NCBI RefSeq assembly: GCF_001194135.2
Contig: NC_068987.1
Span: forward strand, 68,369,183-68,417,453
Origin: Octopus bimaculoides
Lineage: Eukaryota
Length of the DNA stretch: 48,271 nt
Reading direction: 5' to 3'
How positions within the stretch are numbered: position 1 is the first letter of the stretch; each line of letters starts with the position of its first letter. A program made the position numbers and the translations under genes. The notes below the pieces were generated by a model that did not search any database, was not told the DNA's origin, and worked only from the letters and a program-made list of their open reading frames with translations. Of this stretch, positions 10,306 to 23,400 are shown one piece after another.

Positions 10306-12100
10306 TATAGACATATATATACTGATAAATAAGTTACACACACACACAAACATATATATATATNNNNNNNNNNNNNNNNNNNNNNNNNNNNNNNNNNNNN
10401 NNNNNNNNNNNNNNNNNNNNNNNNNNNNNNNNNNNNNNNNNNNNNNNNNNNNNNNNNNNNNNNNNNNNNNNNNNNNNNNNNNNNNNNNNNNNNNNNNNNN
10501 NNNNNNNNNNNNNNNNNNNNNNNNNNNNNNNNNNNNNNNNNNNNNNNNNNNNNNNNNNNNNNNNNNNNNNNNNNNNNNNNNNNNNNNNNNNNNNNNNNNN
10601 NNNNNNNNNNNNNNNNNNNNNNNNNNNNNNNNNNNNNNNNNNNNNNNNNNNNNNNNNNNNNNNNNNNNNNNNNNNNNNNNNNNNNNNNNNNNNNNNNNNN
10701 NNNNNNNNNNNNNNNNNNNNNNNNNNNNNNNNNNNNNNNNNNNNNNNNNNNNNNNNNNNNNNNNNNNNNNNNNNNNNNNNNNNNNNNNNNNNNNNNNNNN
10801 NNNNNNNNNNNNNNNNNNNNNNNNNNNNNNNNNNNNNNNNNNNNNNNNNNNNNNNNNNNNNNNNNNNNNNNNNNNNNNNNNNNNNNNNNNNNNNNNNNNN
10901 NNNNNNNNNNNNNNNNNNNNNNNNNNNNNNNNNNNNNNNNNNNNNNNNNNNNNNNNNNNNNNNNNNNNNNNNNNNNNNNNNNNNNNNNNNNNNNNNNNNN
11001 NNNNNNNNNNNNNNNNNNNNNNNNNNNNNNNNNNNNNNNNNNNNNNNNNNNNNNNNNNNNNNNNNNNNNNNNNNNNNNNNNNNNNNNNNNNNNNNNNNNN
11101 NNNNNNNNNNNNNNNNNNNNNNNNNNNNNNNNNNNNNNNNNNNNNNNNNNNNNNNNNNNNNNNNNNNNNNNNNNNNNNNNNNNNNNNNNNNNNNNNNNNN
11201 NNNNNNNNNNNNNNNNNNNGAAGTTATAAACAAATTTCCATATAATAGTCACATAAATGCCCATAGAATTTTATGTGTCGCTTCAAGAGAACTATTTGGA
11301 TTAAGTCGAGTAATTTAAAAAAAAAAAAAGGTTTCTCTTCTTTTTCTCCCTTTCAACTTCTTTTGCAATCGCCAAAGTCTTCCGTTAAGCCGAAGCACAT
11401 CGATTTGATACTTAATTTCATATTTTACTTCATTTATCTTTCATTTTTAATTAGTGATTTAGCCTAATCCCTCGTGTGATCCGTTTGGTTAATCTTTTAG
11501 GGAAATATTTTTCTCGGTACATTGTTCGTATTTTATGATTCATCAAAATCGAAATGATTTTCAGTGAAAGATTTAACCGTAAAGTTAATTATTTGTAAAT
11601 AAAGGAACACATGTATAATTGAAATATTTTTAATTATTTTTTTTTTAATTACGAACGTCATAAAATGTTTTATAATTTTGCATTTCACTATATGCATATT
11701 GTGCGTGAGGGTTGGTGTGGTGTGTGTATGTGTTTGTGTGTGTGCCTGCGCGCGCATGTTTGTGTGTATAGTGATGTAAATACAACAAATACATTAAGCA
11801 TTAAAAAGAAGATATTCTTTTTCATCTATTTTTTTTTATTTAATAAAATGCTTCCTAGAAGAAAGAAGTTATTTCTAAGAAAAAGAAATATATATAAATA
11901 AAAAGCAAATGTTCCATCGCTGGAACTTTAATAACAAGAAAAAATATTTCATATCGAACTTTAGAAAATTCTTGAGTAATTTTAGTTTCACCCGCAGAAT
12001 GTATTTATAGATTATATTTAGCAGGTCTCTTTCTTTGTCTGAAAACCGTAGATTCTACAAACTGTCTCTTAGACCTTTAGTGATATAACTAAGTGCACCA

Positions 12101-12227
12101 AAGCAGCAAGCTAGCAGAACCGTTACCGCTCTGGAAAAAAAGCTAAGCAGTGGGGTCGTCGTAATCGACTTATCCCTACGTTCTTCCTTCAAAATTGCTG
12201 GCCTTGTGGAAAAATTTGAAACTAATA
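12101..12227 (+). mobile_element. SINE family D, internally deleted
   Basis: The head gcaagctagcagaaccgtta is joined directly to the tail tggggtcg..gtaatcgact...aaattgctggccttgtg..aaatttgaaac seen in other D copies. Confidence 0.65.
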
Positions 12228-12415
12228 TAGCTAATCCATTAATAATTATTGGTATAAATTTGGATTTGTAATTAAGCTAAAGGATCTGTGGGTTCCGAAG
12301 CAGTTGTTTATAAATATGCTCCTTCTCAATGAATTTGAAAAGATGTTTTCATCTGCAGGGCAGCTAACTTCTGTGACTACAAAATTTTTCTTTTAAGTCT
12401 TACATAACTATATGA

Positions 12416-12681
12416 GTGGAGGCGCGTGGCTTAATGATTAAGGTGTCAGCATCATGATCGTAAGATTGTGGTTTCGATTCCTGAACCGGGCTACGCGTTG
12501 TGTTCTTGAGCAAAAACACTTCATTTCACGTTGCTCCAGCCCACTCAACTGGCAAAAATGAGTAACGCTTCGATGGACTGGCGTTCCGTCCAGCTGGGGA
12601 ACACATACGCCATTGAAACCGAGAAACCGGGTCCATGAGCCTGGCTAGGCTTTAAAAGGGCGAGAAAATGAAAAAAATGAA
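12416..12681 (+). mobile_element. SINE family B, full length, with a perfect 12-bp TSD
   Basis: tRNA-like head gtggaggcgcgtggctt...ggtttcgattcc. TSD ataactatatga at 12404-12415 and 12682-12693, with an A-rich tail. Confidence 0.92.
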
Positions 12682-13149
12682 ATAACTATATGAAGCTTTG
12701 CACTTTGTAGAAGTTTTGAAGGGATGGTTTACTGATATTCTTTATGTCGATATCATATATTCAATAACATAGTTGTTTAGAGCAGTCTTTTCTCTTGATG
12801 GCATTGTATATTCATTTAACATCACCTCCAAAAAGTAGTATCAGAAATTATACAAACATTTACAGACCTCAAAATTCATATATTCTGTCAGACTCTTTCG
12901 ATAGCTGGAATTGGGAGTCACTTTTCAGGTTAGAGGTTGAGAACACGCTATATTTTGCGAGTTAGTTAACCATCTTATCTATCTTCGGAAAGGAGTCAGC
13001 AATTAATTGTGTGTGTTAGTTGCTCGCTTGAGAGTAATATATAGATCCGCTTCTTATGTCGGTGGTCAAGATCCCTCACTGCTACTATCAGTTACCATCA
13101 TTGGGGCTATCTGCAGCCATCATTGGGATATGATCACGTCACTTATATT

Positions 13150-14190
13150 TCACGGAAAATTCCTTTGCAATGAAATCTTAATCCTCTTTTCTAAAGCATT
13201 TTCATTTGACGGCAATTGGCTTACAGTTTGGAGGCAAGTTTGGAAAGAAGTGTGGTTCTTGCATTTCTCCTACGCCCAGTTAATTCAGACAGAGGCTCTC
13301 TGTATTCAAATTTCACTCTCGGATACTGGTTTAGGGAATCATGTCCAAGTATCACGTCAGAACCCAGCTACCTCAAAATGTTAAACAGTCGCCAAGGTAT
13401 AATTTGTAATCAAGGCTAAGACTCACATCTGCAAGAATATATATCTTGGTTTCAGTATTAGAGGTTCTTTGACCCATAGTAAGGTCTTTACTGGATGGGT
13501 GACCTTCAGTTTTAGTTCTTCCTGCACAGCATTGTACCTAAGAAATCTTAGAGAGCACTTAATCTTTTCCCATTCACAATCAGAAATGTTGTAGCCTATT
13601 ACCAGTTCTTGCTGTACATTATTTAATGTAGTCAGTAAGATTGACCTTTCTTGCCGCTGAGCTTAACAGGGATTTGGCTTTGCATTCACACAGATTTATT
13701 GTTACTAGATAGTTCATAGGGCTGCTAACATAAACTACAAAAAAGAAAACATTTTCTTCAGTTATAATTGGTAGCCAAAACTGCTCCTTAAAAGTGTCTG
13801 AAAGTTTAATCAATCTCTTCTCTCAAACTTGCGACTCCTGTAGTAGTTAAAAATTTATTATCACAACCGTATGGGCGTCTGGGTTGCGAATATATTGTCC
13901 TTGCCTTGAATTTGGTTACAAGCAATCTCAAAGTCCATCGTTTTGTTTCTTAAGAGGCAGCGGCGTATTGCAGTTGAGGTTATGCCAGCACTGAACACGA
14001 CTAGCTTTGCATCGTTACCACACTGCTCTGCACGACCGATCCCGGAAATTGCAGCTTTTCTGTAGCTTCTCCAAATCTCTGCAATCATTCATCTAATGAT
14101 TTGTCTGGCTTCTGTCGCCTCGTAGCTAGTAAGCATCCAGCAAAAATTTCGTTGGGAATCTTCACGAGTAATTTGTGCAATTTGTCTGTG
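13150..14190 (-). mobile_element. Degenerate Ty3/Gypsy LTR-retrotransposon internal relic (gag, zinc knuckle, protease, start of RT)
   Basis: Minus-strand motifs occur in the expected order with frameshifts: KIPNEIFA..LATRRQKPDKSLDE, AIRRCLLRNKTMDF (gag), KCF.FC...GKKG (knuckle), VNGKRLSAL*D and SDVILGHD (protease; 13338-13361), FPNLPPNCKPIAVK (RT N-terminus; 13205-13243). Confidence 0.8.
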
Positions 14191-14241
14191 TTTTTATCAC
14201 TGTCTCTCTTGTTAACACACGCGCGCGCGCGCACGCACACG

Positions 14242-14295
<54 letters not shown>

Positions 14296-15128
14296 CTCTC
14301 TCTCTCTCTCTTTATAGTGTGTTTCTACGTATATGTGTCAGCATCTGTATATATATNNNNNNNNNNNNNNNNNNNNNNNNNNNNNNNNNNNNNNNNNNNN
14401 NNNNNNNNNNNNNNNNNNNNNNNNNNNNNNNNNNNNNNNNNNNNNNNNNNNNNNNNNNNNNNNNNNNNNNNNNNNNNNNNNNNNNNNNNNNNNNNNNNNN
14501 NNNNNNNNNNNNNNNNNNNNNNNNNNNNNNNNNNNNNNNNNNNNNNNNNNNNNNNNNNNNNNNNNNNNNNNNNNNNNNNNNNNNNNNNNNNNNNNNNNNN
14601 NNNNNNNNNNNNNNNNNNNNNNNNNNNNNNNNNNNNNNNNNNNNNNNNNNNNNNNNNNNNNNNNNNNNNNNNNNNNNNNNNNNNNNNNNNNNNNNNNNNN
14701 NNNNNNNNNNNNNNNNNNNNNNNNNNNNNNNNNNNNNNNNNNNNNNNNNNNNNNNNNNNNNNNNNNNNNNNNNNNNNNNNNNNNNNNNNNNNNNNNNNNN
14801 NNNNNNNNNNNNNNNNNNNNNNNNNNNNNNNNNNNNNNNNNNNNNNNNNNNNNNNNNNNNNNNNNNNNNNNNNNNNNNNNNNNNNNNNNNNNNNNNNNNN
14901 NNNNNNNNNNNNNNNNNNNNNNNNNNNNNNNNNNNNNNNNNNNNNNNNNNNNNNNNNNNNNNNNNNNNNNNNNNNNNNNNNNNNNNNNNNNNNNNNNNNN
15001 NNNNNNNNNNNNNNNNNNNNNNNNNNNNNNNNNNNNNNNNNNNNNNNNNNNNNNNNNNNNNNNNNNNNNNATGTATTTATGTATGTCTTTGTATCCCTCC
15101 AAGCACGTTCATCCTTATTCCAATATTC

Positions 15129-15186
<58 letters not shown>

Positions 15187-15344
15187 ACATTTGTATTATA
15201 AATACGCATCTACATTTCTGTAAAACTACAATTTGGTGTCTCACCTCAACATTTTTCCGTGATGCGTTTCGGAAAAAAAAATTATCATTTTTATTGAAAC
15301 TTTAATGTAAAATATTTTGGAGATGATATCCTTTATTTTCTGTT

Positions 15345-15749
15345 GTTTCTTTGTTTCTGTCATTAGACTGTCGCCATGCTGGAGCACCGCTTTGAACAAT
15401 TTGTTTTCGTCGAAGTACCCCGGTGCTTATGTTTTGTTAAGTCTGTTACTTATTCTATCTGTCTCTTTTGCCGAATCACTAAGTTACGGGACTGTAAATA
15501 TACCAACACCCGTTGTCAAGCGTTGGTGGGGGACAAACACAGTCACAGAGACACACACGCACAGACACACACTCACACATATATGACAGACTTATTTCAG
15601 TTTCCGTGTACCAAATCCACTCACAAGGCTTTAGTCGGCCCGAGGCTATTGCAGAAGACACTTGATCAAGGTACCACGCAGCGAGGCTGAACCCGAAACC
15701 ATGTAGTTGGGAAGGAGCAAGAATCTTACCACATAACCACGCCTGCGCC
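15345..15749 (-). mobile_element. SINE family C, near full length
   Basis: Colinear with 8650-9164 and 44424-44777, with a short internal (CA/TA) tract. Confidence 0.88.
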
Positions 15750-16590
15750 GAAACTTAATATTACATCAAAATCCTAACATTGTCGCTGAATTCAAATATG
15801 CTAGATATATTACGCAGTCTGATTAAGTGCTATATTTATCCAGTCCTGATAGTTTTCACTGAAATTTTTAAAGATGGTTAGCCTATTTCTATATACACCA
15901 GTTGCACACAGTTACCTAAGGTCAAAATAAAAGCTCTCCACATTCTCTCTCAAATGGATATTTTGTAATAGTGGTCGTGTAGAATATGAATGCATTTTCG
16001 TTGTAATTATTTTATTCTATTGTTGTTAAATTTACATCCGGTTACAACATTCGATTTCGCTTACAATTCTGGAAACCCATATCTATGACACTAATTAATA
16101 GCAACATAACATGAGCGCGCGTAACTGGATTGAAACATTTGGAACTCACTAGTCTAACACCAGTGTACTAAAAGTACAAACATGCCGACTTCTCTTAGCT
16201 ACACTACTCCTGACTCTTGTCACTTAATTCTTCTACTGCTGCTTCATTGTTATTTTACTCCTTCGTTTTGGATTCCTTATTGGCGTTTCATATTATATGC
16301 TTTTTCTCTATTTATAAGAATTGACATTTTTATTATAGTTTAAAGATTTTGAAAAAAAATTTCCTTTTCAAAATTTTAAGTTATGTCTCAGCAGAAATCA
16401 GCTGGCGCTATAAAAAGCGTTGCATATAAAATGAATGTAATAGCAGAAAAATTACGAGTGCAGGAATGCTATTTTAAATAGATCAAACTTAGAAGTGCAG
16501 AAGATACGATGATGGAAGTTTAAAGATGTTGCTGCTGCAGTTAGAATTAAAATTTCAGAAATATGTTTTAGCTTCTTCCCGATGTAAAAG

Positions 16591-16766
16591 TGTTGTGTCG
16601 ACGCTCCCAGGTAAAGAAGTAGGATCTCCCAAGACATATAAATAGAGGTAGTCTGGCCGGGGTAGGGGTGTTGAGTAGCAGTCGAGTAGCAGTTGTGTAG
16701 CAGTCGTGTAGCAGCCGAGTAGAGATCATCCGACGGTGCTAGATAGCAGTAGCTTGAGACATAACA
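16591..16766. mobile_element. Solo LTR (176 bp), copy 1
   Basis: Termini TGTTGTG...CATAACA. Flanks are aaaag / aaag (a 5-bp TSD with one A lost, or a 4-bp TSD). Contains tatataaatag and an internal 11-bp tandem. Homologous to 26095-26259. Confidence 0.85.
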
Positions 16767-16941
16767 AAAGTTAGCCTATTCTTTAGTGTTTAACCTCTAA
16801 ATTCTTGATAGAACTTATTACATTTACTCTAAATAAGATAATGTGTATTATAAGAGGGGTTTGAGGCACACGTAAATATCGGAGATTTAGCCTATCTTTC
16901 AGAATTTCAAGATACTCAGCTCCCTTTTTCTATCCTTTTAG

Positions 16942-17035
16942 TGACAATGGCTGAGCTGACATTTAGACATACAGAAATGAGTTCATCTGAGGTGGAAAGT
17001 GAAAAGGATGCTTTTGGATTTGTCTTATCAAATAG
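16942..17035 (+). CDS. Candidate exon (94 nt), possibly containing a start codon
   Basis: Acceptor ctccctttttctatccttttAG and donor TAG|gtaatg. Frame TMAELTFRHTEMSSSEVESEKDAFGFVLSN with acaATGg context, and a stop immediately past the donor. Confidence 0.4.
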
Positions 17036-18246
17036 GTAATGGCATCCTGACTGCTCAGAAATACTGAGAAATACGTAGTGCGATTATTTTAGGGAAGTTA
17101 GCGTTTGCCACACTACTGAGAAATGAAAATTGATCAACGCTGGAGACAATATATTCATAATCTACGCTAATGAAGCTCTCTAATTTCAACACGCCTTTTA
17201 TAACAAAAAAAAAACCCTGCACAAGGCATGTTTTTTACAAAGCTTCGCCAATAAATCCCCTTTCCTCAAAGCACACAACATTTATATTGTTCATATTCAA
17301 CAGAAACCTTTGGGTCTGATTGCAATTAGAAATGGAGACAGCAATGTAGTATAGGTGAAAGAAACTGTTCCTACAAATTTAATGACTTTAGCCACAAGGT
17401 CCTCAATGGCACCATAGATATCCCTTTAATGTCTTCCCTCTATTCTTTTCATCACAACTGACGGCATATTTTGGAAAAGTACTAATCATTAGGTATATAG
17501 CAAATCCTTATAAATACTTCTACAACTAAGACCCATTCATAAAATAAAAAACAATTATCATAACATTTGCATACACGCCACGCAACAAAACTCCCATTAT
17601 TAATAACTCACCGACAAATCCTAAATAAATACAAGCTCAGAATCACAACACACGCACACGTTCACACATGCACACGCTCAAACGCGCACACGTTCACACA
17701 CACGCACGCACACGCACACGCACACACACAACTAACTCATTGTTGACAGTAGTAACAATCTGAGTCTACTTTCCAAACGAAATATGTGTTTACTAAAACT
17801 TAACTCTCGTAAATTACCTAATATCTCTATTTATTTACCGTTATATTGCGTTTGTTTATTCAAATAGTTGTATCCAGAAATGTATAATTTGATCAATTAA
17901 TAGGGATATTAAAGTGCAAATTTAGATATATCGATAAACTCAATGTCTACATTTAAATGCCTTTAGAATTTAATATGTATTCGTGAGCTTGTGAGAGTGT
18001 GCATACGTGTTGGTGTTATTCAAAAGGATACATTTTGTAAATATGTGTGAAAATGTTGGGCTATAAAATATGAATCAGTTTCCTAAGCTAAAATTTGCTT
18101 TGTAATTTATGACTGAACTATCATGTCAAATATATGAAGAAATGAACAAACGATGAAATCTCAGTGTACCTGCTGGAATTGATTATAACAGATCTCTGTC
18201 AAATCACGCCTCACCGCCTTATAAAAGCAAATTATATACTATAAAC

Positions 18247-18456
18247 TGGCACTCCGTCGGTTACGACGATGAGGTTTCCAGTTGATCCAATCAACGGAAC
18301 TGCTTGCTCGTGAATTTAACGTGCAAGTGGCTGAGCACTCTACAGACACGTTGACCCTTAACGTAGTTCTCAGGGAGATTCAGCGTGACACAGGATGTAA
18401 CAAAGCTGGCCCTTCAAAATACATGTACTACTCATTTTTAGCAGCTGAGTGGACTG
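18247..18456 (-). mobile_element. 5'-truncated chimeric SINE: family-B central block plus family-A 3' tail
   Basis: Minus strand cagtccactcagctgctaaaaatgagta (as in B copies) runs into tgtgtcacgctgaat...gacggagtgcca (as in A copies). Confidence 0.8.
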
Positions 18457-19350
18457 CGAAAAGTCACATGGAGTTGATCCACATGCTCATGGGAAGTTGG
18501 ATGGCAGGCTAAAAGGGAGTTTCGAGACGGAATGGCTAATGCGAGCAGAGGTCCATTTGTGTCTTTTTTTTTTTTCGTGCATGTGTGTGTATGTGTGTAC
18601 TTCTACAAGTCATCTAGCATTCTGAAGGTGTGTATATTTGCGCATATGCACACATGATACGATTATTGCTCGGTTGTATATAGCAGTTGGATGATTATCT
18701 GCGCATGTGCCCGCGTGCTTACATGGAACATATGTACTAGTGTCATTATTTCAACAAATTTAGATTACATCTGAAGCAGCATCCCGTACATCAGTGAACT
18801 GACTGTGCTCTGAACACACTGCGGTCGTAAAAGGCAGAAATTGCTTCTCCTATGACGCATTAGAGCAACCATCATATTTTGCTTTCGAACAAAAGGAATA
18901 AACAAGTGAAGAAAATATTTTGGAGGACAGTGTAAGTTTCTGTGGCGATAAAAAAAGCAAGTAAAAGAGACATTGCTGAACAGCGACATGCAACATTTAC
19001 AGAAATTGCACATGCTATAGATATGTCACTATATTGCGTAAGAATAGTAATGAAAAACTTTTCCTGTAACTTTTCGTAACAGGAAACAAGCCAATGATTT
19101 CAAAGGGTAATAAGAGCAAAAAAGATTTAACTGAGCTGAAGAGATCTGAAAACGAGGAAGACTTACTGAATCAATCCAAGCCTTTATTGCGGTGGATACA
19201 AAGTAAATTGTAGACCACTTTATATATGCATGTGTGTCTCTTTCCATTGAAGCGTTAACCTAAGAGCGTATATGTTAAAACTAGTTCCTCATCTATTTTC
19301 ACTGTTGTTGCTCATTACATTTACGCGCGCGCGCGCACACACGCACATAT

Positions 19351-20110
19351 GGATAAATTGTCGCCATTTTATATTTATAATTTCGCGCATGTGCTGTCTT
19401 AGTTTTTGATTTTGTCGACTACACAGTATAGTAGTGTCAGTTGAGCACGGTCTATGAGAAAAACAGCAATTCACTCTGCCAGAAATTTGGAAACGATGCT
19501 GTACTGCTTGGTATTCGCGCCGGCAGATCCAACACGAGCATTTCAGAGTGTTTGGGTGTCAATCCGAGGATAGTGCATTTACCGAGAGTGATAAGAATCG
19601 AACATCCACTCAAAATCATGGTGTTTGGTGTGATCACTAGTGATGGCGACGTTAAGCCGCCATTCATCTTTACACACAGCCTCACGCTTAACACGGAGGC
19701 CTACATCAGTGCTTGGAGAATGTAGTGTTGCTCTGGGTCAAGAGGGTGGCTGCTGGAAGAACCTATGTCTGGTAACAGGACTCTGCACCATCTCAAACAA
19801 GGTGGAGAATCCAGTCATGGCTGTTAGACAATTTCTGCGACCACATCACCCATAAAGTCTGGCCACATAACTCCCCTGACTGCAACTCCCTTGATTATTA
19901 TGTGTGGGGGTGCAGTTGAGCGAGATACGAACAAAACTCCTTGTAACACCAAAAAGGAATTGAAAGCAAGGATTATGGTAGCATTCCCAACTTAAACAGG
20001 GTGACCATCCAAAAGAGTTGCAAGAGATTCCGAATTTGTCTGGAGGCTTGTTTGAAGCCAATGGCGATTTTGTTGAATAGATTTACTCTTTAGTATTTCA
20101 AAATATTTTT
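19351..20110 (+). mobile_element. Internally deleted Tc1/mariner maT (DD37D) transposon relic, copy 1
   Basis: N-terminal LLGIRAGRSNTSISECLGVN is fused to HPLKIMVFGVITSDG. QDSAP (D at 19779) and NSPDCNSLDY (D at 19893) are separated by exactly 37 residues. Ends EANGDFVE* at 20080. The 5' boundary is inferred. Confidence 0.88.
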
Positions 20111-20119
20111 ATGTTATTT

Positions 20120-20269
20120 AGGCGTGGCTGTATGATAAGAAGCTTGCTCCCCAAGAACATGGTTCCGGGTTTAATCCCACTAAATCTTGAGCAAGTGTCT
20201 TCTGCTATAGCCTCAGGCCGACTAAAGCCTTGTGAGTGGATTTGGTAGATGGAAGCTGAATCCCGTCAT

Positions 20270-20306
<37 letters not shown>

Positions 20307-20486
20307 TATGAGAGAGTATGTGCTTACGTGTCTGTGTTTGTGCCCCCTCCATCGCTTGACAATGGATATTGGTGTGTCTACGTACCGGTAACTTACCTTT
20401 TCAGATACCAATAGAACAAGTACAATAGAATAAGTACAAAGAATAAGTGGTGGGGTCGATTTTTTCTACTAAAGGTGATGCTCCAG
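20120..20486 (+). mobile_element. SINE family C, running into N-gap
   Basis: ggcgtggctg head, ttgagcaagtgtcttct, internal (TG)n and ggggtcgattt...ctaaaggtgatgctccag. Confidence 0.85.
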
Positions 20487-21183
20487 NNNNNNNNNNNNNN
20501 NNNNNNNNNNNNNNNNNNNNNNNNNNNNNNNNNNNNNNNNNNNNNNNNNNNNNNNNNNNNNNNNNNNNNNNNNNNNNNNNNNNNNNNNNNNNNNNNNNNN
20601 NNNNNNNNNNNNNNNNNNNNNNNNNNNNNNNNNNNNNNNNNNNNNNNNNNNNNNNNNNNNNNNNNNNNNNNNNNNNNNNNNNNNNNNNNNNNNNNNNNNN
20701 NNNNNNNNNNNNNNNNNNNNNNNNNNNNNNNNNNNNNNNNNNNNNNNNNNNNNNNNNNNNNNNNNNNNNNNNNNNNNNNNNNNNNNNNNNNNNNNNNNNN
20801 NNNNNNNNNNNNNNNNNNNNNNNNNNNNNNNNNNNNNNNNNNNNNNNNNNNNNNNNNNNNNNNNNNNNNNNNNNNNNNNNNNNNNNNNNNNNNNNNNNNN
20901 NNNNNNNNNNNNNNNNNNNNNNNNNNNNNNNNNNNNNNNNNNNNNNNNNNNGCTGACTGTATTTGTTTCCCTGGCCAGTATCTGGGTGCAGAACTCCCCG
21001 TCGCAGTGTTGGTGATATTGGATTACGGCGCTGGGTGTTGTGGCCTGGTGACGGTGTTCTTTCACTGTCGTTTAGTCGACGCCATATATTTTCCCTAGCA
21101 ATTACAGGTCATCTCGTGTATCACGTGAGTTTGAATACACAGCTGGACGCTGTCCGTTGGCTGTTTGGTTTTGATTGAGCATG

Positions 21184-21251
<68 letters not shown>

Positions 21252-21279
21252 GAGAGAGAGAGGGAGAGAGAGAGAAAGA

Positions 21280-21365
21280 GTGAGATAAAGAGAAAGAGAG
21301 AGATAAAGAGAAAGAGAGAGAGATAAAGAGAAAGAGAGAGAGATAAAGAGAAAGAGAGAAAGAGA
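21280..21365 (+). repeat. About 20-22-bp purine minisatellite (gagataaagagaaagaga)x4 after (CA)n(TA)n(GA)n
   Basis: Direct reading. Confidence 0.85.
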
Positions 21366-21544
21366 GACAAACAGAGAGACAGAGATCATGTAAAATTGCG
21401 TCTTATGACGTAACGTAGTGGGTATGTAGTATAAGTGCTCAAGTTGACATACCACCAAAACCTCCAAATTGAACTGCGACTAAAATAAAAACGAGGTGGT
21501 GTAGCTGCCTAGCAATGAATGGATAGAAGTAATCATCATTGAGA

Positions 21545-21603
21545 TAGATCAAAATGCCGCTAAGCATTTCGTCTGGTCTGCCAATGATTCAACTATCTCG
21601 TCA
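21545..21603 (-). mobile_element. SINE family D head fragment
   Basis: Minus strand gacgagatagttgaatcattggcagaccagacgaaatgcttagcggcattt matches the D head. Confidence 0.5.
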
Positions 21604-21782
21604 CCATAATATACACTTTAATAATAAAAAAGAAATTGCATAACACTATAGATATAATATTATTCATATGTACTCAGATTTAGTTAAAGTTCTGCTAGAA
21701 TTACTGTCTTCGACAATGGAAATGTTCACTATAATGCTCTACTGAAATCATCTACTAGTCTGCTCTTATATGGATTGCTTAC

Positions 21783-21989
21783 GTTCGATTGCTGAGAAAT
21801 GCACCATATGCGAATTTATTTGTGGATCTACCATGCTACCATTGGCTTCATCAAATTTAGAAGCATTTACAAGCATTTCACCGATAAATGTTGCTAATCT
21901 CATAATGTCGCCATGTAACAAATTGAATATTTTCCCTCCTATCAGCCCATCAGTTAAATACCCGGGAAATGAAAACCAATTGTAGATTT
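21783..21989 (-). CDS. Candidate internal coding exon (phase 1-1, 207 nt), product unknown
   Basis: Acceptor tgttgctgtaaatAG (weak pyrimidine tract) and strong donor GAAC|gtaagc. Frame IYNWFSFPGYLTDGLIGGKIFNLLHGDIMRLATFIGEMLVNASKFDEANGSMVDPQINSHMVHFSAIE has in-frame stops just outside both splice sites. Confidence 0.55.
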
Positions 21990-23155
21990 CTATTTACAGC
22001 AACAGTGTATTAATAATATATTGGTCTTTACATTACTAACAACATAAATCCCATCTAAATATAAGTTAGAAATTTATTTAACTACGAATGTTGAGTAGGT
22101 GGGTACTAAAGCAATTTGTCAGTCCACTTTTTTGTACTGCGCTTCCTTTGATAGTTTTTATTTTAGTTTAAGATCAGTTCAATAAAAAAGCGTCTAGCAT
22201 GGTATCTGTAATACTGACAGACCCTTACAGTTTAGTCAGGTAATGTTGGAATTTCAACGGTAGCTTTCTAGAGGAGACCAACGACATTGAAGAACGACAA
22301 TATTCTCAAAAGAACTCTGGTGTCGATGTGAATCAACTAACTAGTCTATTCCAGAGAGTTTTCAACTCAGATTCTATTGATAAATAACCCAAATCCCTAC
22401 CCTGGCAGTGCTACCGGAACACTTCAGAGCTCTGACAAGCTCCACGGGAATAGAAGAGCCGTTAGGTAGGCACTTTTGTGTAAGCAGCGGAGCAACGAAA
22501 TCGTCTCCACGTACCTGTCCGGTGTCCAGGCATTGTTTAACTTTTGAAATTACGAAAAACATCTGTTGTCGCATATAAGACTGGTTCGGTTAATACTTAT
22601 GTTCATTGAGGAATGCCTACCAACTTTCTTTGGCTGGAATACTATTTTTTTCTATTTGGTAGATTTACAAAAAAAAAAAGAAAAAACATGGTGTTACGGT
22701 GGACATGCTGACAACGATTTCCCTTTTTGATCAAGCCTTCACTTTTGTAAAGACTTATTTGCAGTAGCAGCCGAGAATGGAGATGAAAGTACTAACCGTC
22801 CTTAAATATAATGAGTGTGTATTATATTGGTGAGAAGATAGGATCGCCCATGATAATGTATTTCCTCTCAATATACTTCTGTTTATCACCGAGAGAATGC
22901 ATTTAGCATTAGTAGCTACAATAATTTTGGATCCATGGAATCTTTTGATTGGCTTTAGGTATTTCTACCCCCTCTCCGTTAGACAATTGGGAACATTTCT
23001 CTTATTGATATGGTGTTGCTTGTTGTTCATTGACTTTGTTACCTTAATTTACTCCGTTAAAACTCTCTTTCTTGTTATTTCGTATTCCGTCCTTGTATCG
23101 TACCCAAATTTTAAGACCTTGTGGCCAATAAATAAAGATTGTTACTTATTAATAG

Positions 23156-23400
<245 letters not shown>

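Noticed and set aside
16665-16730. 11-bp tandem as a CRISPR-like array
   Set aside because: No spacers, too short, lies within an LTR, and no cas genes in this eukaryotic context
18790-18935. + strand exon ending at CAGT|gtaagt
   Set aside because: Only a short frame from a mediocre acceptor is open, which is insufficient support
22374-22660. Minus-strand exon ending at CAG|gtacgt near 22515
   Set aside because: Good donor, but every frame from the plausible upstream acceptors hits a stop
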